Positions 13,001 to 28,000 of a stretch of 64,000 bases of DNA are shown one piece after another. A model generated the notes under the pieces. That model was not told where the DNA came from, made no database searches, and worked only from the letters and a program-made list of their open reading frames with translations. This DNA is from Trichoplax sp. H2 (taxonomy: Eukaryota). The DNA lies in the NCBI GenBank assembly GCA_003344405.1, contig NOWV01000252.1, forward strand, positions 1 through 64,000, written 5' to 3'. The number at the start of each line of letters is the position of its first letter. The stretch's first letter is position 1. Made by a program: the position numbers and the translations under genes.

Positions 13001-16000
13001 ATACATAGTATTGAAAAATATTCACTATGCCATATGGTCAAATTACAACAATTGTAAGCAATTAATTGATTATATTCCTAAACGCATACAAATTTTTATT
13101 ACTTGGTAACAAGCTAAATTTTTATCGTCTTTTACTAAGGCGTATAAGCGAAAATCGTTTAAAAACAATTAAAATGGAGGATTTCCAATGTTTATCAAAA
13201 TTAAATTTATTGTAAGTGCCGCTAAGTACCGGTAATGAATCGAGCTAATCATGTACGTGAGATTTCATGTTGAATATTTTATTGTACTATTTTATCCTTT
13301 AACTAGTATTTGTTTAAAGAGACCTATGTTAACGGTAAACTCGTAGGTCATTTTGTGGAAGTTCTTAATGTTTCAGCAATCTATCATCTGTGTATATGAA
13401 TATGCAGCATACTTCAGAAATTTAGCTAATTAATGAATACCCCCCGAGAATAGTTCATTCGTAGCGATGCCTTTCAAGGCTAAGCTTTTTAAAAGCTACA
13501 AGATCGCAGTTGGATTACTATAAATACAGCACAGATTATTTTGATACTATTTCAACTTATTTGCAAAAGTAATTAAAATATAAAAGAGCATTAAATCAAA
13601 AATTTTATATTATTTACCTTCAATAGATCTCTGTCTAATAACCTTATCGCATATATAGCTCCGAACACGTTTCATAAGCTGGCATCATTAGCAACTTTGT
13701 AAGTAAGATTCTATTGTACTATAATTGCAGATGAAAACATAACGATCTATTTTTTCTATTTTGAATGATAAGGAGGTATGGAGTTGACTGTATATTTTTC
13801 GATGAGATTGTTTAGCTACTGTTACAAAACAGCTTTGCAACAAGATAGTATAATGCACGATCAATCAGTCGATTCCCTGAACCACGTATCAGGGAGCAGT
13901 ACCTACTCTTTCAGGAACATTTTTCCTATACTAGCAGACTACAAAAAGACTTAGACGCCTCGTATCTTACGTTAAACACTAATCATAAGAACTAACTTTA
14001 TCATACGATTTATCACATTTATATACTCTTTTACAATAGCAAAGACATCCTTGTTAGTAATATCAACGCTGAAACCTGATAATGAATAACAAGCTGATTT
14101 TATCTACTGCTACCTAATGAAAGCGACAGTATTTACGAACATAGACATCGAATGACAAATACAAAATTGTCGGATTACAATATGTTCTATCACGGAACAT
14201 TTCTATGATAATCTACAATCTGCCATAAGTAAATTACAATCACAGTGATTTGAGTTATAAGAAGATTATTCTCGATTCCCTAATTAAACTATTAATTTTA
14301 GTAGGCTGTATATGTTAATATATATCACCATAAAAGCTAGTGCTATATTTAAATATCACATATCTAAATTAGTAACTCTTCATATAAGGGTAAATCAACA
14401 AAATTATCCTAACGTAGATATTTCTACTATAATCTCGATATTACAGTGTATATTACAGTGTATAACACGGTAATAGCTACATACTAAATATAAATGAGTA
14501 TAAGTACAATTACCTATTAAATGGTAATAGTGCGAATAGGTGAACTATCGTATAGTATACGATGTGAAATTTGATAAAAGAATTTTCCTTAAATATTTTA
14601 ATGTGTATATCATTAATATTATAGTTCCGCAGTATATTAGTACTGTACGTTCTATGATACCTTATTAGGAAAGGAAATAATGTACTGTCGGAATACCTAA
14701 CTTAAAATTAGTAGAGATTTCTGCCAAATTTTACTCTTACATAGCACACTAGTACACCTACATGGATATTTTATACGTGTTTTTCTTTTTCGACTTGAAA
14801 GATATGGCAGAATAAAGGTCTTTGTNNNNNNNNNNNNNNNNNNNNAGTAGGCTGTATATGTTAATATATATCACCATAAAAGCTAGTGCTATATTTAAAT
14901 ATCACATATCTAAATTAAAAACTCTTCATATAACGGTAAATCAACAAAATTATCCTAACGTAGATGTTTCTACTATAATCTCGATATTGCAGTGTATATT
15001 ACAGTGTATAACACGGTAATAGCTACATACTAAATATAAATGAGTATAAGTACAATTACCTATTAAATGGTAATAGTGCGAATAGGTGAACTATCGTATA
15101 GTATACGATGTGGAATTTGATAAAGGAATTTTACTGTAAGTTCTATGATACCTTATTAGGAAAGGAAATAATATACTGTCGGAATACCTAACTTAAAATT
15201 AGTAGAGACTTCTGCCAAATTTTACTCTCACATAGCACACTAGTACACCTACATGGATATTTTATACGTGTTTTTCTTTTTTGACTTGAAAGATATGGCA
15301 GAATAAAGGTCTTTGTCCCGATATTTAAAATCAATATTCTATGTTTCTTATGAGCAACATTTATTAATTAACATCTTGAAATTTACACTCCACGATTAGC
15401 TAGTGTGATTTCATACACCGATATATAAATAAACTAATTTAATGGTACAGTGTTGCCTGAATGGCTGTAGCAAGGGTAAATAAGAGAGAAAGATAGCAAT
15501 ATTTAACATTAAAATTTTATTGTGATTTTAGTATATGTTATTATTTTTATTTTAAGACGCTTATCAAGTAATGCTCTCAGAAATTTGAAGTCGAACGTTT
15601 TCGGAGACGGATGCGGCATAAAATACCTGTAAGTGGCGCGATAGTACGCTATTCTAGCAATTCAGAAATATCTTTATGGTTAAATTCATATAAACAATCT
15701 CAGTTTTATCGATTAGATTTCATTAAAATTTCAATAGGATGGAAAAAATAAGTAGAATTAGCATAATTTTTTGGATTGACAAAGTAATTAGAGCAGCCGG
15801 TAAATTTATAAATTGAAACTTTACTTTAGATGACATGGTAGTCTGTTTTATCCAGTATGACTGGGGATTCGTTAAATATACTTTTTATCAGCGATATGCT
15901 GTAACGGAAACAATTTTACTATTTTCCTTCAATTCCATTAGAAGTGTATAGCAACTTATGATATCTCATAGCTATACGGTTTATCACGTTTGGTCGAATT

Positions 16001-19000
16001 TGGTAATTCGTAGAAACAGCGTAGAAAATCACAATATTTAATTGAATATCTAATAACTATGCAAAGCTACATATGTTATAACAATTACTTCGCCTGCATT
16101 GACTTTTAAATCAAATACTCTAGAGATAGAAAATAAAACAACACCGCATACGGGTACTTTACGGAAATACTTTCCTAAAAACCAAGTCTAAGTTACCTTG
16201 TCACTAATTCATAGGCATATATCGAACAATCGATTGCAAGAGATTGATTCGTCGTCATTTTGCAGCTTAGGAAAACTTCAACTTCTGTAAGTACCTTTCA
16301 GTATCACTTTAGCGCTTATAATTTATAATTTATCCTTTATTGTGCACCTGCAAATATCAAAGTACTAGTTAACCAGATAACATCAGTCAGTACTTGTAAA
16401 ATAAGTTAGTATTGTGATTGTAGACTATTAGCCATGTTTAGTACGATATACGGTAGTGTCTTTTCTATATTTATCTTATGATATACTTAGTAGCCCATAA
16501 TTATAGACTGTAAGAACAGACTCTATGCTAGAATACAGATGATTATATACAGTAAGGTGTTTAGCTACTAATAAGGTTAGAGGTAGAGGTAGAAATAGAA
16601 TTGTAATTCATATATTAGGAAATGCTTCGTTCATCGTACTTTGAGTGGTAAGAATAATGTCTATGAAAATGCTGTAATCATTTCTATATTGGATGAATGA
16701 TGGATCGCTGTAAAATATTGTGACTAGTATTAAGCTGAATATACGTAGAATATGGTAGAATGCTTCTATGCTGATTGTAGCTGCGAAGACTACAGAGAGC
16801 ATAAATGCATAAGACATTAGATTATCTGATTGTTCTTTCTAAAAGTCTTTTAGAGTAGTTGTACTCGGCTAGAGTATGGCTGTGTGTAGCTAGTCTTTGT
16901 ATTAGATCTAATAAAGTTCTAATATTCTACAACTTTGGAATTTTCAAGATCGGATTTTATCACAATACTACTAATATATGGTATAGCTAATTTGAATTAT
17001 AGATTATCGGCTATTTTTAGCATTACGTTTCTTACAGATTATAATTCTTAAAGAATTACAATGATTTGCTAGAATGTCGTTGATTACAATCAGTGTCGCT
17101 GTGAGTTACCATAAATAGTGATGATAAGTAAACAAGTGTAGCTCATATTTTTGGTTAAGAAATTTTCAGTTCTATAGCCAGAAAATAGTATATTTGCATA
17201 AATGCCGTGGCTATTCTGCTAGAAATTGAAGAGATCTGCCGAAATGCGTACATATAATACTGCCAATAGTTGATGAACTCGTAAAATACGAGTATTATCC
17301 AGTAGTGCCTAACAAGTTGCAAAGATTAAGAAACGTACTGAAGCAGGAGATAGCAATTGTTTCTAAAATTTTTCTAGTTGCATCATGTTAGAGCTGAAGG
17401 AGGATGCGTAATGCTTCTCCGTATAGGCAATAAATAAATTTTTAATTTTATATAAACTTTGGAAATTAGCGCCAGTTTTATAATTTGTTAACCTAAAATG
17501 TTTCATTTTAGGGTTTTATCAGGAAATCACATTACCAATCTTACTAGAGGATCTATAAGCTGCCTTAAGACACTAAGCACTTTGTAAGCTAAAAATTCAG
17601 TAAGATATCAAAACATTTATTCCTTATATTATGTTACTTCATTAGTCAAACAACAGTATATTAAAATTCATAATTGACAGCAACATCACCAGGATATTTA
17701 TGATAAGAAAATTTATGTCTGCTGTAGTCTGAAACTAATATTATCAATAGCATTAATCGTGCACATAGTCATGTTTAAAGTCTCTTCTTCTAAATCAGAG
17801 GCCACAATATCTCACAAGATACCTCTAATTTGTGTATAAGGTGCTATCTGTCATTGCACCTATTCTAGTTTTCCTTAAATTCATTCGTTAAAGGCAAAAC
17901 GTACTGAACAACTTTAGTAATTTCACTAACGTTTCTTAAATTGATACTATAGCTAGATTAGGATAGCATGCGCATTTTGCTTAACAGCTAACAGGAAGAC
18001 TCATCTCGTTAACTGTAGCACACAAGTGGATTGCACAGCATACTATTCCGGAGAAATTTGCAATAGCTATCATCTACTTACAGTTGTATAGTATTACCTG
18101 TAGCTGCGTGTTATCGTAGCCGATATGTTATGACATCCTAGATCGATCGGAGTAGCTACAGTACTCCTTTTCCGTCAAATACTTAAAGAAGTTTTCTAAA
18201 TTTTTATGAATTTTTCAGCCTAGAGTCTATCCATCACCTATTAAATCTTTTGGTAATTTAGTTCGACCATCTTTAATTCGATTATCACTACGACGTATTG
18301 AATTTTTACAGATATTTAAGGAAAAATGATATAGAAGATATTGAAGCAAGAGCTTTTTGTGGCGCAACCAATTTACAAGCATTGTAAGTTACATTTAAAT
18401 AATAACATTAATGACTCAAAAGATTGTTAATATTAGTACGTCAAATTCTTTGAAAAATAATTTATTTCTGAGGAAATTAGACATCTCGACCGGAATCTTC
18501 TCACTAAAATTGATAAATATTCTTTTCATTGTCTCCCGAAAACTGATCGCCTGTAAGCTTCATTTGCACCGATCTTCAGCCTGTTTGATACTATTTAATT
18601 CTGTTAGCATTTGAAATGTTACAGTATAATGATTATATCTAAAATAGAATTAATCAAATTTAGATAATGATAGAGAATGAATTCTATGTATTATTCTCAA
18701 CATAATTTAAACAGTATCCATAATTTTATGTTTTGATACTTTCGTGTATGATGACTTAAAATTATCTATTTCGGCAATCTTTATTCAAAAATTTAATACG
18801 AAAGTATCTTTTATAAAGCGATTTAATATAAAATAACGTTCTGAAAGTTCCATTGATATTTATGGTCGTAATTTAATTCTACTAGTAACCACTAAATTAA
18901 AGGATAAATTAAGTGTAGAGAAGGAGAATTTTCTAGTGTAACCTTTACTATCTTTCCTATAAGAAACCAAATTAAAAAATCTATAATATCTCGTACACAG

Positions 19001-22000
19001 GATTTTAAGCCAGAACTTAATCAAAGAAATAGCGCCATCGGCATTTTGCGACATGCCTTCACTTTCCCTTCTGTAAGTGAAAATAATAGACTCTAGACTT
19101 TGCTATTTTTACTAAAAATTGCTAATTGCAATGAAAGCAAGCCAGTCAAGTTAGCGTTGTGAGCTTCAAAATTAAGGTTACTTCATAAATGTGAAGTCGC
19201 TAAATACAAAAGTAGTAAAATTGATTAACCTTAACATTATGAAAGATTTTGGGGTTAATAAATTTGCTTAGAGAAATCCCTGACTTGGCACTACACTGTT
19301 AATTGATAAGTTTATAAGGCTTTCCAAAGTTACGAATGTTACTTACAAATTATTGGTATTTCTTGCTAACGCTCCATTGGACTATAGAGATTTGGACTCT
19401 AACAAGTTCAGGAAGATTAACAGAAATGGATTAAATTGTTTAAATAACCTTCAAAAATTGTAAGATAAACTTCATAAATTAATACGAGTATAAAAATTAA
19501 TTTAATACTTAGGGTATGTTTCGAAAATTTTACTAGAAAGATGCACCTAATTAAAAATCGATTCAGTAGTAACCGTCACTTTTTAATTTTCATACAGTAA
19601 ATCATCAACCAAATAAATGTTAGGTGTTCAAGATCCATTCTTTACGTAATATCTTTGCGTCATAACTATTCAAATTCCACATTTACATTTAGATACTTTA
19701 TTATTAGTTAGAAACCAATTCAATGGTATCTTATGAAGACTGATGTCATATTGTAACTAAATTTGCTATTGTTACTGTTTATACTGTAGACAGTTATGAA
19801 TTATGAATGCTTACTGTGCATTAACACTGCGGATGTACTTGGCACCTCTTTATTAGGGTAGTGTCACAAACCAGCTTCGTGACAAGGATAACGTAAAATA
19901 AATTTCTAAATTACTGTAGTCTCCGGGATTCAGTATCCCTATTCACAAGAATTTAGACGCCTTTGATTCGTTAAACTCAACTAGACAATTGAGAACTACT
20001 TTATTCAACAATCTGATGGGTTTATATACCCTTCTACAGCAGCTAACAATCATGAGTCATCTTATAAAAATACTTAGGTGAGAACATCTACTAAACAATT
20101 TTTCACAGTCAGACTACAATATGTCCATTCACAGAATCATTTCAGTACACATTACAGCACAGCATTAAATTTACTGTAACACATTTATAATTAGAGTAAT
20201 TCCTATTTTAAGTAACTAGTTGTAATATATTATCACTATATTATATTAACCAAATTTAGATAGCTATTTCTTCACGGTAGTTCGTACCGTGACAGGTAGA
20301 CAATAGCCGAAATACGTACGCTAATTCCCTATTAAGCAAATTTATAATAAAATTTCCTTGTTGGAAATTACATATTTTATTCGCTCTCATTTAATGCAAA
20401 ATCCGAAAATGCTAAAAGATAGTAGCAGCTACACGTGCTCAGTTTAAATGATTACGGAAATTTTGTTGGAGAACAAGTCTCCTTAATTTACAGCATATAA
20501 TTGTACTGAACACTTACCTAAACCAACTTTTATTGAATGATTAAAGAAATTTAAGTCATAACGCCATCCAAGACATAGAAAATAATTCGTTTTGTGAAAC
20601 CATGAGCCTAACTGCATTGTAAGTATGAGATTCTTTGCTATGGTTAATTTCACTTATTTTACAAAATGCTAACCTAAACTACTTTTAAAGTTACTTGCTA
20701 TAAAATTACTTTTATACTCTAAACGTAACATACAGTATTTGTCTATAGATAGTTTTACCTGGAATTTACTGATCATATTTTACTAATGAATTTATATGTT
20801 CGGATACTTGCATAAATTACAGCTTAGTTTCTATATCCCTGTTTATATAATCATTATCTAACTAGCTAAAGCATAGATAACCTAGAGCCCATAAGCCAAT
20901 AAATTTGAATCGCATGGTCGGCCTAGATAGTTCTAGTTCCTCGTTTTAAATTTCGGTTATAACACCGAAATAGTAAAGTAACAATATGCATTAATTCGTT
21001 CATTAATTCGTTCATTAATTTTCATTGCTGATACTAATATGTTGATTAATAGAGATCTTACCGGAAATCTACTGACTAAGATTACTAATAAAACTTTTGC
21101 ATGCCTAGGCAAACTCTTTAAGCTGTAAGCAAACATTAGCCTTGTCTTTTAACATGCTGGTCAATTTTTTAGTATCCAGACAATTTTATTAACGCCTATG
21201 GTAGAAATAAAAACTTATCATATTACACGATACTTACAGTAAACCTATGACTACATACAGTGGAAAACCTTTCTAAATATAGTTTCTGTATATCATATTT
21301 TCACTTCTTAGCCAACTCAGCTATAATAACATGCAAGATATTGCTCCTCGTTCATTTTGTACGCTATTGAAGCTAAAACGTTTGTAAGTTATAATCTAGA
21401 ATACTTAATAAATAACTTTGGACTTTGATACCGCACTACCGAATCTACAAATATGCAATACTCCTAGAAATGAGGCACCTGTATCAATGAAAAATACCAG
21501 AGTAAACGTCAATATACTCTTGTCTATTTTTTTAGATATCTAGATCAAAACAAACTGCAAAATATATCAGAATCGATGCTTAGTTGTTTAAAAAAATTGC
21601 TGACTCTGTAAGTCCTTCATATCATTTTGATACCTTATAAATAAATTTACAATAGCCGTATGAAATGTATAATTTGGGCAAACTTCTACTTTCAAGCAAA
21701 GTCAAAATTAGTATTTGCCTGCCTGCAATACGGTGCAGAAATTAATGCATGCTAGCAAATATAATCTGGTCATAGTAGCTCGTTCTAATGTAGCTGTAAA
21801 GCTGTTAAGAAAAATACAGTTTTAACTTAGATAAACCACAAAACCTATTGTACTGTTATGAACTTTTGCCTACCTATATAGCTATTTGACTAATTTAAAT
21901 CCAAGCAGTAGTCGCTTTACTTAATTGCATTAGCAAAAATAACCACGGCATTTAGCTCTCTACGAATATCACCTTTAGAGATTGCTACAAGTTATTAATT

Positions 22001-25000
22001 ATGTAAATATAAATCATGTTAGAAATCTGAATCTAAACGAAATAAACAACATCATGGTCGGTGCATTTGAGGATCTTGTTATTTTACAAGAGCTGTAAGT
22101 TATTAAATTGGCAGAATAGTGGATTTTTTTACAGCAGTCAGTATGATGCTTTTATATAACGATGTATTTTAAGAATAGTATCAATTGCGTCCAGTCGCTA
22201 ATGAAGTAGAGTTTTCTGTAGTTTATCATTATATTGATATGTTGACAGGATTTAAAAGAGATTATATACCATAATGATATTATGCGACTCTCCACTAATT
22301 AATTCTCAAGTAATGCATATATTTATAGTTAATAGCTGATCCACGCATAATTTATTTCCTCTAGTCACTTGAGTTCAAACAGTATCAGCAACATTTCGGA
22401 TAATGTGTTTCAGAATCTGCGAAATTTGCGAGAACTGTATGTATAAAGAACCAGAAATGTAAAATATGACTAGAATATACATAATATGTGTACACTTATA
22501 TCATTCATAAAATTTTATTAAACTGCACGTCATTTTTTAATTTAACACGTTTATCTTGGCGTCATGTATTTACAAGCAACGAGAAAGTTTAAAATTACTG
22601 CTGTGAAATTTCTTGCGAAACCTTCGATCTTATTTTAAAAACTTACTATTAAGCTAGTAGTTGAAACAACAATACCAACTTTGTATATCGAATCTGTTTC
22701 CTAAAACACGCCTTTCTTATGTAACTTTAGGAGACTGGTCGATAATCTAATATTTGATTTAAGTTTATTCTACAATTTAACTTCTATACAGTTGCTGTAA
22801 GTTTTCAATCTATTATAAAATTTTAACTATATTACTGCATACTTTTAGTGATGCATACTATGCATGATTATTTTATAAGTAATATCTGATATAATTAGGT
22901 TGCTAATATTAGAAAGTGTTGATTTCTTATACTTATTGGTTGATGATACTTACCAATTACAGTCGAACATCTAAGCAAAATAAGGTGTACGTTAAACATA
23001 ACGTCATACTCTATAATTCAGGCGGTGCCCAAAATCTTATGTAATTAGATTGTAATACAAGAGTATTTACATCTTAGGTAAAAGGATTCATACAGTAAAA
23101 TATTTTGATCATATCATCTATTTGAGTAAGTTAGCGAATCAGATTTAAATATTATTGTAGATGAATTTATTACTGTTATAGATTAAGCTAAAATGGGATA
23201 TTTAAGGAGTATGATAGAAACCTGTTTCATGCCAGTTTAGAATACCTCATTTCAGATTCTTGTCTCTACAGTATTTTAGAACATCGTAATGAAGATCACT
23301 TTTAACTTTATCTTGACTTGGACAACTTTTTTAGAGACAATTAAATTATTTCCTGTTAGATAGATTAGTTAGATACTTTTTATTACAATTTCTATAAAAT
23401 CTACATTAAAGAATTGAATACTAAGCTCTTCCGCCTTCGTAAAACAAAATTTTAAGTAAGTGTAATTCAATCACATTAATTAATCTGTTAGAAAACTAGA
23501 CGAGAATATCATCAGCTCTATTGGAAGTCAAGATTTTGAGAAAATGAAGGATTTGCATACCTTGTAGGGATATCTTATCATTTCGCTTATATAAAGTCAA
23601 TTATATTATTTCTGTTATTCAATCTTTTTTTTTAAACGCTAATTATAAATGTAAATGTTCACCTTCTCATGAAATCTCAGATGGATGATTAACTAAATTA
23701 CGACTAAATTCTGGGTGAAACACTTTAGTAAAACAATACAAATTCTAGTAATTCTTCTACTTTAGCGTATAATCGCTATATTTGTATGTGTACGTAAATC
23801 ATATTTCAAACTACAGCTGCACTCGGCAGACGATTAATATTCGTTTCTAAACAATAAAGCGGTAATATAAGATTTTAGTTTAAGGCTTAGCAGTAGTTAT
23901 CAGATAGGATAATAAGATGTTCTCTTGGTAAGTCTATAGCACCAACAGTTAGTTAAAAAATTAATAGGCTTCGTAGATAGAAATGTCAATATTTTTATCA
24001 GGCCTTACGATTCTTAATTAGGAGCAAGTGGAACAGATAGAAATACATACTGATATCTCACTAGGAACTATCCTAATTTAAAGCTAGCATAGTTTTCTTA
24101 ACTAATAACCTATTCCATCAAACAATAATCTTATAATCAAGATGTGCCTTAAATCTCAATTTTAGATCTTTAGAAAGTAATCAGATATCCACAATTAGCC
24201 CATTCGCCTTTACCAAACTAGCAAAACTTGCTACACTGTAAGTACTCTCAATAGTATATTTTCTTAAATTCTTCTACACTTGGAATAGTAGTTCAAACAA
24301 CAAAGAATCATTAACATTGCTATTAACTACCATCTGATTTGTAAAAAATCGACCACATTAGATACGTTAGATTCATTAAAGGACAATATTGCGCAAATAT
24401 GTACCAGTATATACGATAGTAATGGATGAAATGAGTAGTCAAATATTTGTATTAATTTGTCAGCTAGAAATCATGTAAAGACTAAAGCGTATTTTATATA
24501 AAGTAATAATCAATTATTGTCTAACAATACTAAGGAAATTAGCAGGAAATCACTTATCCAGGTTCAATGGCTTAATATTTTCGGCAAATGTTACACTAAG
24601 CGTTTTGTAAGTAAATTTTATCTCTTTGAAAAACACAAAAATAGATAACTTAAGGTTTATATATTGCTCCTAATTTATGAAATCCATTATTTTCCTGCAT
24701 TAAGCTTAATTTGTATCAGTTAATTAATACTAAATATTATTAAACTTACGGCCTCTACGCTTCTCTGATCGTTATATTTAGCACTAGATCTAGTATTTCC
24801 TTATTCACAAATACATTGGAATGTCATAGTTACAAACCGAAATTTATAACGAAAATATTAAACTTTACGAGCCTGATATCAGCCCCATTTTGTTCATTAT
24901 TTATCTATAGTACGACTCTAAATAGCAATAACATTCTTATATTCAGGAAATTACAGCGAATAATACGTCTCTCTTTAGACAAAATTGAACTTAAACGCTG

Positions 25001-28000
25001 TTGATAAATCGACTGTATTTATAGTAAATCTAAGTAAACATTAATTTTTGATACAGAGGTATGCCATTCTCTATTAAAATTACGTAAAATATCATGGATA
25101 AATCATCACTACTACATTCCTAGATAAGCTATTTTTTGACAGTATATTACGGCTTACTAGTGAAAGTTACACTGTAATGTACGGATATGCACTTTTAAAA
25201 GCTAAGGGGCAACTCAAAAATCTGTAAAGTCCATCATAAGCCTCAGATTTTACTCAAAATGCAACATTTGTTAACAGAGGATTAGAAAAGACAAATATCA
25301 GAAGACTTAGCGGTCCTGATATTTTCAATGGAAACCAAACGCTTGCCGAGCTGTAAGTTAAACTTGATCGTATAAGTATAAATTTGGGTCACTATTTTAG
25401 GGATAAACTATTAATCATTGTGTTACAGGGATTAGGTAAAAAATAAAATTTGTACTTTGCTGGGAAGCAATAATTCTAATAACCTGATACAATTACGTAA
25501 CTTTACCTAGAATTAAAATTTTGGATCGCAGTTACCTTAATATTAGTTTTATATAATTAGAATTGTACCAATAACTGTAGGCTTAGATAGAACGTTTGAA
25601 ATAATGAAATATTACATTTTTTACCATTTGTCTTCGGTGATAAAATTTTAGTTTAGAATGAAATTCACGGAGAGAAATCTACTTCTGATAATTAAAACGC
25701 TAGTTTTAAAATCTTTGTACATTACAGAAAACTATTTATGATGCGAATTGCAATAATAGTATATGCTCTCAAACATATAAAACGATGGCAACTTATACGA
25801 TATTCGATACAATACTATAGAATACAAATACAATATTTCTACATTTAAATTTACTTTTATTGTTTAGAGATTTATCATATAATCAAATAAGTGAAAATCC
25901 GAACCTGCAATTTTACGATTGCAAAACTTTGTAAGGCATACGCTAAATTTATTTTTCAAATAAATCTGCTTAATTAGAAATAAAATTTATAAATTTATAG
26001 CAATACTTTAGCAGCTGCAAATGAAATCTTAAATATGTATTAAATTGTCTAAAGTATTACCTACTAAAAGCTTGTCAATAAATTGAGCATCTATTTATTG
26101 AATGTCTCCTATTACTAACACTACGACTAACTAATAATAGGAAAATAACACATAACTACTTGCAAGAATCCCCTCCGCTCAATTTTAATGGTGTACCATC
26201 GCTAGAATCACTGTAAGTCAGCCTGTATCAGAATCGCAATTTAAACAATTATTTTACTAGAATTGGTAAATAAAATTGCCAATGAATATCAGTCATTTAG
26301 GTTGGAATAGATATCATACCATTGATGCAAATTTTTTTGTTACACTAAATCATCCAATAAAAATGCAAGAACTGTAAGTATAGAGATTCTAATTTATCCA
26401 CTGCCTAATGTAAATAATATTTAACTAGATAAGTTATACCTATAAATCATCGTAAGTTTTGCTATCTTTTAAATGATTCTTTAGAATCCTATTCTACAAC
26501 AATAAATCTACTAACATGAGCCATTGAACTTTATTAAAATATATTAACGTCAATATTCCAATTTCAGATTTCTACGTAATAATCGTTTGAATAGTGTTCA
26601 TGATCTGACTATGGCTAATTTAAAAAATCTCAGGAAACTGTAAGAGTACCTATTCACGTACAGACAATGAAACAATATAGAAATTTCTACAAATGTTTAG
26701 TTTCGTTCTTAGAAATTATTTATTCAAGTAAATTAAGAAATTGAAATTCTCTTGATTTTTATACGTATAGAGACTTACGTGGAAATCACCTAAAAGACTT
26801 GACCTTTTTGCAACCATTAATAAGTCTAAGTTTTCTGTAAGTCCGAGTAGATATAATTTAGATTAAATATTTCTATCCTAAATAGTTATGTAACAAATCC
26901 AAACCCTAGCCCGTTTACTTTAACAAGTAAATATTGTATGTGGCATTAATCTAAAACAATGTATAAATTAACATAAGACCAAATCTGATAGTCAATATAT
27001 AGCGTACTAGTAACAATACTATTGGATAATGTTGAAATTAAGGACTAGAAATAGAAGTCTATACAGTAGCTAAAATCATCACTTAATTTCACGCCAATCT
27101 TTACGATCATAGCGTACCTAGTTTCTATAGTTAGTTAACTGAAATAGCATTAATTCTCTAGTACCACAGAATTAAGTTCGGTAAAGGCTAATTGTACTTT
27201 ATCCATCACAGCCGACGGCTAATATCTATAATTCACTAATCGGTGATATTTTCTGATCGTTTAAGCTCGTTGCGAATTAACGATAATTATAAAATTTGCA
27301 GATTATCAACAGCTTTCAAAATTTCTATTTATTGAATCATTTCATGTTTTGAGAGCATATGAGGTCAATAATAACTGCTTAATTGATAATAGTAGCTCTA
27401 AATGTTTGGCTATTACTTCAGTTAGTGCAAGTTTCATATATATATTATTGATTATTTGAATTAATCTATTATTATTATTATTATAATCATCAAAGGGACA
27501 GAGAATCTCTGTTTTTTTAGTAACATTACTGCATGAATAAAGATAATTTCTCTGATTTATAAAGGAAGACGGTTTCTCTAATTTACGTGTTTTGGTATTT
27601 TTGCCGTTTACGAACTGACTAGGCATTTCGCCAATACAGTGAACTTCGTACACAAGCGTGTACAATATCATGTTACATCATCTAAATTAAGCCAGACTAA
27701 TAGGTTTTGTTAAGCAGTTAAAGTTTTAATGCATTACTGACGCTGCAATATTAGTAAAAAATCTCCAGAATAAGTCTAAATAATTTTATCTGAATAATCC
27801 TAACAAATATTATAATTTTTATAATTTTATTTTCATAATATTTACTGGGTGTAAGATAAGTTTTAGACCTTGACAATGTTGATAGTTGCGAAAAGATTCA
27901 CATGATCTATATACTGGTAAACGATTAAGTAAAAAAGGTAGCTTACAAATGATAAAAAATAATTAATTGCCTTAATAACGAAAACTTTATTTCAGAAATC

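Noticed and set aside
8544..15316. Gap-flanking duplications as evidence of extra exons in one transcript
   Set aside because: Each starts exactly at a 20-N gap, typical of uncollapsed overlaps. The duplicated exons were not counted in the gene model.
11624..16817. Similar short hydrophobic ORFs at 11624-11827 and 16608-16817
   Set aside because: Both lie inside family D repeat copies, so the similarity reflects the repeat and not a gene family.
24816..25004. ORF containing TLNSNNI, resembling an LRR exon
   Set aside because: There is no phase-2 donor and the frame runs into a stop. At most a decayed exon.
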